Notes: generated by a model from the sequence alone, not told the origin. 64,000 nucleotides of DNA from Elainellaceae cyanobacterium (GCA_051117555.1 JBNPEG010000074.1:1-64000); one strand, 5' to 3'. Shown: positions 1 through 10,090, counted from the stretch's first letter. Numbers and translations: made by a program.

Positions 1-316
1 AGTGCTAGAAGCCGCTTTGGCAGATGTTTTAGTGACACTGTTGTTAGCCGATATCGAACGAAAACGTTCCTTGTTGCAACAGCAGGGAATTGAAGTTCAA
101 ATTACCAGGTGCAAGATATGAGTAAACGTATTGGCATTAGTGACTACTGCCGTCCCATTTGCAAACCATCTTCGTAGATTTGGGCAAACGGCCAATTCGA
201 GTTGAAATTTATTCCAAAGAATTACTCGATTGATTGCCCTGCTTCCTGGCCTAGGGTGTATAAATACATCGCTGGATAATGCACATATTTACACCCTCAT
301 AGCTGTACACTACTCT

Positions 317-335
317 AATGACAACTAATTGCATT
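317..335. promoter_or_regulatory. Fur-like box upstream of AraC-1
   Basis: aaTGACAACTAATTGCAtt, imperfect 7-1-7 match to TGAGAATNATTCTCA; same motif recurs before the other iron genes. Confidence 0.55.
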
Positions 336-361
336 TAGACTGAGACGGTCAATCGGAAAAA

Positions 362-1318
362 ATGGCGATCGAACTGACTGACACTAGCTTTCAAGAGCTG
401 ATAGTGCAAGCCCAGCAGCAAGGCGAGTCAATATATCAGCCGATAGATTCAGGCGTCCAACGCAACTTGCCGAAGCAGCTAGGGAAAGGGAGCGATCGCA
501 TCCTTAAATTGCGTAATGGACTCACAATTTGCATCCGTAAAGGCGAGCTCAGGCAGCAGATTCGGCATGTGCTTCGACACGAATCAAATTTTCCGCTGGT
601 TGCAAAGTTCTATTTATCGGGAGCCTCGCGGGTACAAACACTGGATGCGACCGATATTGATGACGACTACACAGAGACAATGGGCTGTCACTACCTCTAT
701 CACCTGCCAAACCATACCGAAGTTGAAGAGTGGTGTGTCGGTGCCCCCATTCATGTTGTTATGGTGTTCACCGATCCCAGCTACTTCAGCACCTTTGAGA
801 TCGGTAAAACCGTGCTGTCGTCATCGCTGCAAAAGTTATTGGAGGGAGATAATGCCCAGAGATTTCATCAATCGTTCGGGCAAATGACACCTGCTATCCG
901 CCAATTGCTTCAACAACTGCTCCATTGCCCCTACACAGGGTTAATGCGGCAGCTTTATCTAGAAAGCAAGGTAATGGAACTCTTTGCTGCCCAGTTTGCC
1001 CTATGTGCAGAAGCTCCAAAGTCTCCTCCGGTCGCGCTATGTGCTCGGGATGTCGAACAACTGCATCAGGCAAAAGAAATCTTGATACAGCAGGCCATAC
1101 ACTCACCCTCTTTAACCGAATTGACATGGCAAGTCGGACTCAACGATCGCAAACTCAAGCAAGGATTTCGGCATCTGTTTGGCATGACGATATTTGGCTA
1201 TCTGCGAGATTATCGAATTCAGCAAGCTCAGAGCCTACTTCATCAAGCCGATATGGCGATCGCTCAGATTGCGATTCCATTATTTATCGAACAGTGTAGA
1301 GCTTTATCTCTGCGGTAA
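362..1318 (+). pseudogene. PchR-like AraC regulator, C-terminally truncated (second HTH lost)
   Basis: LYLESKVMEL and VGLNDRKLKQGFRHLFG motifs present; after MAIAQIA the expected VGY...F..AF.K.FG is replaced by unrelated IPLFIEQCRALSLR. Confidence 0.75.
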
Positions 1319-1328
1319 AAGGTATATT

Positions 1329-1347
1329 AATGGGAGCTAATCTCATT
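1329..1347. promoter_or_regulatory. Fur-like box upstream of AraC-2
   Basis: aaTGGGAGCTAATCTCAtt with symmetric flanks. Confidence 0.55.
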
Positions 1348-1375
1348 AAATGTGTTTCCAAACAGGACTTGCCCC

Positions 1376-2374
1376 ATGCCGTTATTTATCTCTGTCCCAG
1401 AAGCCTTGAGTCAGCACCCCCAAGCTGAGCAAACCCAGTCGATTCGCCAACCCTGGACGATTCCGTTGATCGATGCTGCTGGGAAAAGTCACGGCTATCG
1501 GCAAGAGGTGAATTTGCGTCTAGGACTCAATATCTTGATTGATGACTACACCCTGCAAGACAATCTCGTTGTGGACTACGGCGAAGAGGAACCCTACGAT
1601 CCCTCTCGATGTTTAGAGATGAGTTTTATGCTCTCAGGTCATAATCATAGTGAGGAAGTGAAGCCTTGTCACAGTTTCATCTTAGCTAAGTGGGACGATT
1701 CAGGCGGCGGGCGGTTCAACTGGCGAGCAAATGAGCGAGTCCTAAAATTTGACATTCACATCGAGCCTGCACTGTTTGAAACCTTGGTAGACGGAGAGTT
1801 TGACGCATTGCCTCCACTGCTAAGACAGCTCATTCAAAATTCCCAACCTATTCAGGAGCAGTTCTGGCATGTGCAGCCAATCACCGCAGTCATGCAGTCT
1901 GTGATTCACCAGATTTTGCACTGTCCTTATCAGGGGTTAACTCGCTGGCTGTATCTGGAAAGCAAAGTTATCGAACTGATGGCGCTGCGCCTCGACCAGG
2001 TGAGCCAGTCCCAACCAGCCGATTTGGCGACACCGGGATTGCACTCCGAAGATATTGATCGCATCCACTATGCCAGCGATATTTTGCTTCAGCGGTTAAC
2101 GAATCCGCCGTCGCTGTTGGAACTGGCTCGAATCGTGGGGCTAAACGATTGCAAACTGAAGCAGGGATTTCGACAGGTCTTTGGTACAACGGTGTTTGGC
2201 TATTTGCAAACTCATCGCATGGCACGAGCCAAGCAGCTTTTAGCAGAACCCACGTTCAATATTGCCGGAGTGGCTCAGGCCATGGGTTATGCCAGTCAAA
2301 GCCACTTTTGCCACATGTTTAAGCAACAGTTTGGCGTGACGCCGCGACGCTACCGCAGCAGTCTCCGCTGTTAA
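1376..2374 (+). CDS. PchR-like AraC family regulator (AraC-2)
   Basis: HQILHCPYQG, YLESKVIEL, VGLNDCKLKQGFRQVFG, GYASQSHFCHMFKQQFGVTP; ATG 1376 preferred over GTG 1352. Confidence 0.92.
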   Translation: MPLFISVPEALSQHPQAEQTQSIRQPWTIPLIDAAGKSHGYRQEVNLRLGLNILIDDYTLQDNLVVDYGEEEPYDPSRCLEMSFMLSGHNHSEEVKPCHSFILAKWDDSGGGRFNWRANERVLKFDIHIEPALFETLVDGEFDALPPLLRQLIQNSQPIQEQFWHVQPITAVMQSVIHQILHCPYQGLTRWLYLESKVIELMALRLDQVSQSQPADLATPGLHSEDIDRIHYASDILLQRLTNPPSLLELARIVGLNDCKLKQGFRQVFGTTVFGYLQTHRMARAKQLLAEPTFNIAGVAQAMGYASQSHFCHMFKQQFGVTPRRYRSSLRC

Positions 2375-2378
2375 AAAA

Positions 2379-2415
2379 ATCCGGATGCCGCAAAAAAAGA
2401 TCCGGATGCCGCAAA
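2379..2415 (+). promoter_or_regulatory. Tandem direct repeat, putative AraC operator (cassette 1)
   Basis: ATCCGGATGCCGCAAA perfect at 2379 and 2400 (21-bp period), right after the AraC-2 stop; TATTCT at 2436. Confidence 0.7.
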
Positions 2416-2454
2416 TTGCGATCGCCCAAATCCCGTATTCTCAACATACGTTTT

Positions 2455-2469
2455 TGACAATAATTCTTG
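2455..2469. promoter_or_regulatory. Fur-like box upstream of TBDT-1
   Basis: TGACAATAATTCTTG. Confidence 0.65.
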
Positions 2470-2537
2470 TTTGAGGCGAGCTGAGCTGCATGAGTGCAGG
2501 CTGAGCTGCGCCCAAGATATGAATTTGGTGTGTGGAG

Positions 2538-5273
2538 ATGATGGGACAATCGCAGCAGTTGATATTGATGGCAAAAGTCGTGATGTTGGGGACAGCGAGT
2601 TTTGTGTCTCTGGGTTTGGGGCTGGGCTGGGCGACTCCAGCGTGGGGAAACGAGGAAGTGGAAGCGTTAGGGAGTGAGGGAGTAGAGGAGTTAGGGAGTA
2701 ACGAAATTGCTTCCCCGTTACCCGAAAGCCCTGCGGGCAGGCTCCGCCAACACCCCGTTACACCATCACGCCCTGCTGACTTGGAACAGCCAGCCACCAC
2801 GGTGGCCGAGTGGATGGCTCAGATTGAGGCGGCGCAGGTGCAAATTACAGGGGTCAGGCTTGAACCTACAGAAACGGGACTCTCCATCGTGCTGGAAACG
2901 GCAGCGGGAGATTTGCCGACGCCGACAACTCAGACGGTGGGCAATGCGCTGACGGCAGACATTCCCAATGCGGTGCTGGCGCTGCCGGAGGGGGAGATGT
3001 TTGAGCAGTTTGGCCCGGCTGAGGGGATTGCCCTGGTCAGCGTGACGGAGACAACTGATGGCGGTGTCCAGGTTTCGATTACGGGAACGGATGCGCCACC
3101 GCAGGCTCAAATAAGCACGCAAGCCGGAAATTTGGTACTGAGCGTGGTGCCGGGAGTAGCAACGGCGGCTGATGAGGCCGATGAAGATGCCATTCAGGTG
3201 GTGGTGACGGCGACTCGGACTGAGGAAGAGATCGAGGACATTCCCCGTTCTGTGACGGTGATTGACCGCGAGCAGATTGAGGAGCAGAGCCAACTGACGA
3301 CAAACCTAGCAAACATACTCGGTCAGACCGTACCAGGATTAAGTCCCCCGACTTTTTCTGTCAATAATTCTTCATTCCTACGGGGACGAAACCCCCAAGT
3401 CTTAATTGATGGAGTTCCGATTAACAGCAACCTCAGAAGCTCAGGTGCTGATTTTAGGAGTATTGCGCCTGGTGCCATCGAGCGGATTGAGGTGGTTCGC
3501 GGTCCTTCGGCAGTATTTGGAGAAGGCGCAACCGGTGGTGTGATTAATATCATCACCCGTCGCCCTGGTGACGAGGAACTAACGGCAACGGTAGAAGCCC
3601 GTGTCAATTCTCATGGTGACTTTGCAGAGGACAGTTTTGGCAACTATCTCGGATTTAACGTTTCGGGTAATGTGTCTCCGGTAGACTATGTGTTTAATTT
3701 CTCAACTGAGGGATTTGGCTCCGTCTTTGATGGAGCAGGCGATCGCATCCCAGGCAGCAATGTTCTGCCACAAAACGAGCGTAACATCAACGTCTTAGGT
3801 AAATTAGGTGTGAATATTGGCGAGAATCAGCGTCTCCAGTTTAGTGTCAATCACTTGGATGAAGCTGGTGACGTGGAATTTATTACCGATAATAGCGTAG
3901 CAGCAGACGACCCAGATGCCGAAAAAGCCCGCGCTGTGCCATTTGACTTCGAGTGCATCGATTTCGATTGCGATAGAGAACGGAGATTCACGACGCTTAG
4001 CCTCAACTACAACCACGAAGATATCTTCGGTAGCCAACTGCGCCTACAAGGATTTTATCGCAGCTTTTTCAGAAACACTGGCGAGCCGTTTTTTGATGAA
4101 TTTTCAGGCGACTTTCCAGGCTCTACCTTGGGGTCTTTTATTGTAGCCGGGGCAGAGACGGAGCGCTGGGGCGGACAGCTTGAAATTGAAACGCCCATTT
4201 CTGAAGCCTTTAACTTGCTCTGGGGAGCAGACTATAGCAATGACGAAAATGTTCAACCTTATAACATTCTGGAAGAGGAAGTTACACCCGGTGGAGATCG
4301 GGTGCTTCGATTTTCTAGAGTCGTCAACCTTGCGCCACCCCACACGGTTGAAAGTCTGGGTTTATTTGCTCAAGCACAGTGGGATATCACGCCCCGTTGG
4401 CTATTCAGTGGGGGCGTGCGCTACGAAAATATCAGCGCCAGTGTGGACGACTACACTGCCATAGCTTTTCAGCCCGCACCGATTGATGTGGAAGGGGGCA
4501 GCATCAATGTTGACGATGTGGTGTTCAACCTTGGCACGGTCTACGACTTGACCGATGAGTTAAGCGTGTTTGCTAGCTTCTCTCAGGGCTTTGGACTACC
4601 ACAGATTGCTGATGTCCTCCGGTTTCCAGCCGATGAATTCAGATCCTTTGAAGAGGATCTCAGCCTCTCGGCCCCGCAAAAAGTTAATAACTACGAATTG
4701 GGAGTGCGCGGAGGCTGGCAAGCTGTGCAGTTTTCCCTGGCAGGTTTTTTCAATCAATCTGACTTGGGTACCTCCTTTATATTGAGGGACGATGGTTTTT
4801 CAGACCTTGTTCGTGCTCCCGAGCGAGTCTATGGCGTTGAGGCAACGGTAGATTGGCAACCTGGCGACACCTGGCAGCTCGGCGGACTCATAAGCTGGAG
4901 TGAAGGGGAGAGTGACATAGACGACGATGACGATTTTGAACCCCTTGGCTCATTCAGGATTCCACCGATCAAAATTACCGCTTATGTAGAAAACGAAACG
5001 CTGCCTGGATGGCGCAACCGCCTGCAGGCGCTATATGTGGGCGGGCGCGATCGTGCTTTTGAGGCAGGAGTCGATCTTGAAGAGATTGATAGCTATTTTG
5101 TGCTGGATTACATCAGCAGCGTTGATCTGGGTCCAGGGTCGATCCAAATTGGCATTCAAAATCTGTTAGATACAGAATATTTAACCGCTCGCAATCAAGT
5201 CCTGGGATTTACACCATTTCGCCTCGCTGCCCCAGGCAGAACCATTAGCATTGGCTATCGCGTCAATTTTTAG
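2538..5273 (+). CDS. TonB-dependent siderophore receptor with N-terminal AMIN domain, IutA/SchT-like (TBDT-1)
   Basis: Signal peptide, AMIN region (GNALTADIPNAVLALP), TonB box IQVVVTATR, plug RGRNPQVLIDGVP / RIEVVRGPSAVFGEGATGGVINIIT, C-terminal Phe. Confidence 0.93.
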   Translation: MMGQSQQLILMAKVVMLGTASFVSLGLGLGWATPAWGNEEVEALGSEGVEELGSNEIASPLPESPAGRLRQHPVTPSRPADLEQPATTVAEWMAQIEAAQVQITGVRLEPTETGLSIVLETAAGDLPTPTTQTVGNALTADIPNAVLALPEGEMFEQFGPAEGIALVSVTETTDGGVQVSITGTDAPPQAQISTQAGNLVLSVVPGVATAADEADEDAIQVVVTATRTEEEIEDIPRSVTVIDREQIEEQSQLTTNLANILGQTVPGLSPPTFSVNNSSFLRGRNPQVLIDGVPINSNLRSSGADFRSIAPGAIERIEVVRGPSAVFGEGATGGVINIITRRPGDEELTATVEARVNSHGDFAEDSFGNYLGFNVSGNVSPVDYVFNFSTEGFGSVFDGAGDRIPGSNVLPQNERNINVLGKLGVNIGENQRLQFSVNHLDEAGDVEFITDNSVAADDPDAEKARAVPFDFECIDFDCDRERRFTTLSLNYNHEDIFGSQLRLQGFYRSFFRNTGEPFFDEFSGDFPGSTLGSFIVAGAETERWGGQLEIETPISEAFNLLWGADYSNDENVQPYNILEEEVTPGGDRVLRFSRVVNLAPPHTVESLGLFAQAQWDITPRWLFSGGVRYENISASVDDYTAIAFQPAPIDVEGGSINVDDVVFNLGTVYDLTDELSVFASFSQGFGLPQIADVLRFPADEFRSFEEDLSLSAPQKVNNYELGVRGGWQAVQFSLAGFFNQSDLGTSFILRDDGFSDLVRAPERVYGVEATVDWQPGDTWQLGGLISWSEGESDIDDDDDFEPLGSFRIPPIKITAYVENETLPGWRNRLQALYVGGRDRAFEAGVDLEEIDSYFVLDYISSVDLGPGSIQIGIQNLLDTEYLTARNQVLGFTPFRLAAPGRTISIGYRVNF

Positions 5274-5344
5274 TTCACGATCGAGAGTAAGGGGCTGAGA
5301 AAGAAAACTCTCTCTTTTTCGGTCTCTCCATTGAAATCAAACCT

Positions 5345-6394
5345 ATGACCATTAACAGAACTGTATTTTCGCCTCTGCATCGCCTGCTCATCAGGAGTCG
5401 CCATCTGCTACGATTCGGCTTGCTGGCAATCTTGATGGGGGTTCTCATCGTTTCCTGTCAGGGTAGCCCCGAGCAAAATCTTGCTTCTCAGTCGCCAGCA
5501 ACGGAAACAGAAAATTGTCTTGTGGTCGAACACGATGCAGGTGAAACGCAAATCTGTGGCAAGCCCGAAAAGATAGCTGTTCTAGCACCTCATATGCTCG
5601 ATATTCTGCTATCTCTGGGAATACAACCGGCTGGATATGCTGAGCAGTACACCAAAGGTATTGGAAATCCGGTAACAGAGATACCTGTCTTAGGGGAGCG
5701 TGTCACCAGCAATCCCATCAATTTGGGACTTCGCGATACTCCTTCCCTGGAGGCGATCGTACAGTTGAAGCCCGACCTGATTCTTGGGGAAATATATGTG
5801 AATCACTTATACTCCAACCTATCAGCTATTGCCCCTACTTTACTATTTAGGGGGCATGGAGATGACTGGAAACAAAGTATTCAGGAAATTGCTCAGGTTT
5901 TTGACCGTGAGGAACGAGCCCAAGCAGTTATCAAATCACACGAGCAAAAGCTCGCAAGCGTAAGGGCTCAACTCGCACCCGTAGCGGAAACTTACCCAAA
6001 AATTCTATTGGTTGATGCGCGTAAGTTGCCTGTCTCTTTTGATCTTCGTGACAACACTAATATTTCTGGTGGTCTTATAGAAGAGCTTGGTTTTCAGGTT
6101 ATGTTGCCAAGTGATGATGTGATACAAAGGTTCAATTGGGTCTTCTCACCGGAAATTCTGCCGCAACTCGATGCAGATATTATTATTGCCATAGCCCTAG
6201 GCGATGAGATTGAAAACACCAAACGCAACTGGAATCAAAACCCTCTTACACAGTCGCTACGAGCCACACAAGAGAACCGGGTCTATTTTGTGGACTATTA
6301 CGTTTGGGGCAGTAATATTCGCGGTCCAATTGCTGCTGAAATCATAATTGATGAAGCTCATCAGCTTTTGTCACCACTTGCTGAAAGCAATTGA
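5345..6394 (+). CDS. Iron-siderophore ABC substrate-binding lipoprotein (FecB/FhuD-like)
   Basis: Lipobox LIVSC, VEHDAGETQIC, PSLEAIVQLKPDLILG, GPIAAEIIID. Confidence 0.92.
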   Translation: MTINRTVFSPLHRLLIRSRHLLRFGLLAILMGVLIVSCQGSPEQNLASQSPATETENCLVVEHDAGETQICGKPEKIAVLAPHMLDILLSLGIQPAGYAEQYTKGIGNPVTEIPVLGERVTSNPINLGLRDTPSLEAIVQLKPDLILGEIYVNHLYSNLSAIAPTLLFRGHGDDWKQSIQEIAQVFDREERAQAVIKSHEQKLASVRAQLAPVAETYPKILLVDARKLPVSFDLRDNTNISGGLIEELGFQVMLPSDDVIQRFNWVFSPEILPQLDADIIIAIALGDEIENTKRNWNQNPLTQSLRATQENRVYFVDYYVWGSNIRGPIAAEIIIDEAHQLLSPLAESN

Positions 6395-6403
6395 TAATTA
6401 ACG

Positions 6404-6490
6404 ATGTCAAAACTCACACTATTTGTTTGCCAATCCTGCTACGATGCCGCTCACAAACACATCAAACCCTCCCAAGGCGCTCAACTGCTG
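6404..6490 (+). pseudogene. DUF1636-like gene, 5' fragment
   Basis: Hand translation MSKLTLFVCQSCYDAAHKHIKPSQGAQLL aligns with intact paralog 26953-27336 (MKNHTLFVCKSC...DGEALL). Confidence 0.75.
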
Positions 6491-6660
6491 TGGCAAAGGC
6501 AGAAGGCAGAAAAAATGCTTAATAAGTGAGAGGTTCAGCCATTTGAGTTGTCCTAACCTGACTATCATTTGCTGTACAGCAGCTCAGCACTCTCTAACTC
6601 AGAAGAGTCATCTCTTACTTTTCCACCTGCGATCTTTAGCCTTCCACCTGCGATCGCCCC

Positions 6661-6945
6661 CTAATAAACCTCATCATGAGAGCCAATATCAATCAGCAAA
6701 ATATCATCTTCGCCTGTCTCTGGATTTTCCACGAAGTTAAAGACAATGCGACAATCATATTCAACTGAACAGGCCCAAGCTCCAGACAGTTTCCCTTTCA
6801 ATCTATGGGTTTGCAGAGACGGAGCAAACGGATTTTCCGCAAGCAGCCTTAATCGGTCTTCAATTCGTGTTTGTAAGCTGGGTTGTCGCCGAGTCAATCG
6901 TTTGAAAGCGCGTTTGAATGATGAAGCAAAAAGAACCTGCCTCAT
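6661..6945 (-). CDS. Type II toxin, RelE/YafQ-family mRNA interferase
   Basis: 94 aa, SSFKRAFK, THRLKGKL, CSVEYDCRIVF, C-terminal IGSHDEVY. Confidence 0.88.
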   Translation of the reverse strand: MRQVLFASSFKRAFKRLTRRQPSLQTRIEDRLRLLAENPFAPSLQTHRLKGKLSGAWACSVEYDCRIVFNFVENPETGEDDILLIDIGSHDEVY

Positions 6946-7157
6946 GCTCTCAATTCGGCGATCGCATCTTCAACCGTACCTCGGAATACCTTACCTGCCT
7001 CATAGTCTGCTTGAGCTTGAGCAATGTGCTTGGCAATTTCCTCCCGTCGCCGTTCCACTAATCGCCGCTGTATTAGCTCGACCAGCACCTCTTGATCCTC
7101 AAGTGGTAGCATCTCAATGCTGTCTAAAACTTGATCGAGCTTAGAAACCTGTGCCAT
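6942..7157 (-). CDS. Putative antitoxin
   Basis: 71 aa acidic helical protein, ATGA overlap with the toxin, ends GKVFRGTVEDAIAEL. Confidence 0.78.
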   Translation of the reverse strand: MAQVSKLDQVLDSIEMLPLEDQEVLVELIQRRLVERRREEIAKHIAQAQADYEAGKVFRGTVEDAIAELRA

Positions 7158-7268
7158 ATCAACCTCCGTAGCCTATGTTTTTCTTCTACGCTAGCACGAT
7201 CACTTATGACTTAACTTCCCCTTTCAAGCTAGAGCCATCTTACCAGGTCATGATTAGCTATTCATCGT

Positions 7269-7427
7269 ACCTTTTTATTTGCCGATTTACTCCCCACGGA
7301 AAGCGCCGAAGCCCTGCTCCAGTTTGCCGAACTCTATCACGATAGCGCTAATGGCGAAGTGCCCTGGAAGCAGTTCCCTGAAGTGCTCAAATCGAGCGGC
7401 ATGGCCAGAATTCCACCTGTGCAATGA
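7269..7427 (+). pseudogene. DUF1636-like gene, 3' fragment
   Basis: Hand translation TFLFADLLPTESAEALLQFAELYHDSANGEVPWKQFPEVLKSSGMARIPPVQ* aligns with paralog TFLFVDLPSTEVASSLLQLCELYLDSGDGYVP...LARIPP. Confidence 0.8.
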
Positions 7428-7466
7428 GTTTTGGATATCTGTCTTACTTTGGTCAATCATTACGGT

Positions 7467-7979
7467 TTAATCTTGATACCATTCTTGCCCCCCTGGCAGT
7501 TCTGCTAAACGAGCAACAATGATAGTTGGTAGCTCTTTAGCTGAATACCGATAGGTTAACTCTAGCAGTGACTGAGCAACAGCAATTACTGAATTCCTTT
7601 CAACTTTCCGACTGAGTTGAATCGCGTTCAATCGGCCATCAAACACCTCTACGCTGGCAGGGGCAATTGCTGCTTCAACCGCTTCTTCTAACAATGGGAA
7701 CCATTCATCAATATTGACGTAATAAGATGCCTTATTTGCCTTCAAATTTAACTTTTGAATTCTCAAAATTGAATCAGAAATAGAAGCCGCCCAGGAATTT
7801 GTGAGTCGTTGTTCAATTTGATTTTTGATTAAATGGACGAGCAAACGAATCAAGAATGACTCGATATTACGCAGAATTGACTGTTTACTCATCTCCTCTA
7901 ATTCGTCTACTAGGGCCAGGGCATCGTCGTAGCGATTTTCTAGAATGCACTGCCTCAGATCAACTAATTCTTGTGTCAT
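7467..7979 (-). CDS. DUF29 family protein
   Basis: ELEEMSKQSILRNIESFLIRLLVHLIK...SWAASI pattern. Confidence 0.75.
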   Translation of the reverse strand: MTQELVDLRQCILENRYDDALALVDELEEMSKQSILRNIESFLIRLLVHLIKNQIEQRLTNSWAASISDSILRIQKLNLKANKASYYVNIDEWFPLLEEAVEAAIAPASVEVFDGRLNAIQLSRKVERNSVIAVAQSLLELTYRYSAKELPTIIVARLAELPGGQEWYQD

Positions 7980-8014
7980 GTCTTACCTCTGTAAAACGAT
8001 AATCCGAAGGATAT

Positions 8015-8689
8015 CTACAGGCTTATTTCCTGCACAAACGCTTGGTGCTCTGGCGAATTTATCCCCTGCTGCAACACCGTCAACACCGTCGTCATCTCGC
8101 CTGCCAAGAGCGCCGACACCGCTAACCACAATCCAGGAAAGATGCGGCTGCGGACAATGCCCTGGTCATCGAGCCGTTGAGCCTGATACTCGTCCGCCTC
8201 CAGCAAAAACCAATCCAACTGCCTCTCCAGCGTGCGCCAAACAATATATTCCTGGACTTGATTGCGACGATAGGCCCGCTTTTTGTCATGCAAATCAATC
8301 GCTGCACTACTGGCCGCCACTTCCACGATCAGCTCAGGTGCCCCTTCGATGTAGTCTTCTGCACCGATTCTGGCCTGTCGCCCCGGCACCAGCAGCACAG
8401 CATCGGGGTGAGGCTCGTTCTCTAAATCCAGCCGCACCGTGGGTTCAATACCCAACACTACTCCTGGAGTAAAGGCTTTGTAAGTTCCTAGCCAAGTCGC
8501 TAAATCTCCATGCGGTTCCCCATGACTTTTGAATCTCAGCGGCGATGCCATGTAGACGACCCCTTCAATCAGTTCAGCCTTCTTCACTTGCGGCATCGCT
8601 GCGTACCGCCGCTCAAACTCAGCCCGCGAGAGGCGATCGCCATTTTCTAGAGGGGGTACGACAAGTCTGGATTCCGGCGTGGCAACCAT
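8015..8689 (-). CDS. Uma2 family PD-(D/E)XK endonuclease-like protein
   Basis: LENGDRLSRAEFERRY, ELIEGVVYM, HPDAVL, APELIVEVAASS, KKRAYRRN. Confidence 0.9.
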   Translation of the reverse strand: MVATPESRLVVPPLENGDRLSRAEFERRYAAMPQVKKAELIEGVVYMASPLRFKSHGEPHGDLATWLGTYKAFTPGVVLGIEPTVRLDLENEPHPDAVLLVPGRQARIGAEDYIEGAPELIVEVAASSAAIDLHDKKRAYRRNQVQEYIVWRTLERQLDWFLLEADEYQAQRLDDQGIVRSRIFPGLWLAVSALLAGEMTTVLTVLQQGINSPEHQAFVQEISL

Positions 8690-8755
8690 TTATTTTCCCT
8701 CAATCTACTCCCATTCTAAATCCCCCTCCCCTACTCTCTCACTTCCCTCTCTCCC

Positions 8756-10018
8756 ATGCGCACTTTTACCCTGATCTGGTTCGGCCAGCTCGTTTCCACT
8801 ATTGGCAGCAAGATGACCTGGTTTGCCCTGACGATCTGGGCATGGGAGGTTACTGGGTCGGCTACTGCCTTGGCTCTCGTCGGATTTTTCTCTCAGATGC
8901 CCCGTATTCCCATTACGCTGGTCGCCGGTCTCATCGTCGATCGCTTCAATCGCAAACAGCTAATGATCCTGGGAGATACGGTTGCTGCACTTTCTACGGT
9001 AGGGATTGGGCTGCTGTTTCTCACCGATAGTCTTCAAATTTGGCATATCTACGGGGCGGCCATGCTCAATGGTGGCTTCGGGCAAATTCAAAGCTTGGCC
9101 TACCAAACCTCAATTTCCTCAATGGTATCGCCGCACCATCTCACACGAGCCAATAGCATGAATTCAACGGTTCACTACGGTTCAGCCATTTTTGGGCCAG
9201 CGGTGGCCGGAGTCCTATATCCACTGATTGGGCTGATGGGGATTCTGCTGATTGATCTGGTGACGTTTGGAGTGGCGATCGCCACCCTCCTTTCCGTCCA
9301 CATTTCCCAACCCGTGCCCCAACCTACCCCTGAAATTGAGACCCGATTGGCTAAACTCACCTTTGGCTTCCGGGAAGTCTGGCGTCAGCCTAGCTTGCGA
9401 TCGCTCCTTCTAATCACCGCCGCATTCTGGTTCTTCCATGATTTAGGCGGAGCCATCTATGATCCGATGATCTTGGCTCGCACGAGCAGTAGCGCTCAGA
9501 TCTTGGCAAGTACGGCTTCGGCGGCAGGGATCGGTGGCGTCACCGGAGCAATTCTACTCAGCTTCTGGGGTGGGCCGAAGCGACGGGTGACAGGGATGCT
9601 GGCAGGCTTTATCGGCGCTGGCTTGAGCAAGACTGTGTTTGGTCTAGGACGAGTCCCGCAAATTTGGATACCCGCTCAGTTCTGCTCCTCCCTCCATTTT
9701 CCGCTGCTGGGCAGTTCCGAAACGGCGCTCTGGATGACTCAAGTTACGCCAGAGAAACAGGGACGGGTGTTTGCGGCCAATGCCTTGGTGTTGCAGGGAA
9801 CGAGTGCGATCGCCACGCTGATGGCGGGGCCACTTGCTGATCAGATGTTTGAACCCTTGCTAATGCCAGGTCAGAAGCTGCTTCCTGGACTAGATCATAT
9901 TTTTGGGGTTGGGCCCGGTGCAGGCATGGCCGTTCTGTATGTTCTTTGTTCGCTCTGCATGATGCTCATCGGAAGCATTGGCTTCTTTATCAGAAACCTC
10001 AGAGATATCGAAGGCTAA
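8756..10018 (+). CDS. MFS transporter (DHA3/MefA/EntS-like)
   Basis: WFGQLVSTIGS, GLIVDRFNRKQLM, QGRVFA; about 12 hydrophobic segments. Confidence 0.9.
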   Translation: MRTFTLIWFGQLVSTIGSKMTWFALTIWAWEVTGSATALALVGFFSQMPRIPITLVAGLIVDRFNRKQLMILGDTVAALSTVGIGLLFLTDSLQIWHIYGAAMLNGGFGQIQSLAYQTSISSMVSPHHLTRANSMNSTVHYGSAIFGPAVAGVLYPLIGLMGILLIDLVTFGVAIATLLSVHISQPVPQPTPEIETRLAKLTFGFREVWRQPSLRSLLLITAAFWFFHDLGGAIYDPMILARTSSSAQILASTASAAGIGGVTGAILLSFWGGPKRRVTGMLAGFIGAGLSKTVFGLGRVPQIWIPAQFCSSLHFPLLGSSETALWMTQVTPEKQGRVFAANALVLQGTSAIATLMAGPLADQMFEPLLMPGQKLLPGLDHIFGVGPGAGMAVLYVLCSLCMMLIGSIGFFIRNLRDIEG

Positions 10019-10047
10019 AGACTTGCGAGAAAATAAAATACCCAAAA

Positions 10048-10069
10048 CCATACAATTGACTGTATGGTA
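10048..10069. terminator. Hairpin between convergent genes
   Basis: ACCATACA-attgac-TGTATGGT. Confidence 0.35.
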
Positions 10070-10090
10070 TCGACTTCACTGTGAACAAAT

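Noticed and set aside
1..300. Possible partial gene and imperfect inverted repeat (AGGGTGTA...TACACCCT, 253-297)
   Set aside because: The frames I translated are interrupted by stops and show no recognisable motif
2480..2509. GCTGAGCTGC direct repeat in the TBDT-1 leader
   Set aside because: Single occurrence with no counterpart in other cassettes
6621..6655. TTCCACCTGCGATC twice at 21-nt spacing
   Set aside because: Lies downstream of the toxin, lacks the TCCG core and Fur box; probably a HIP1-associated local duplication
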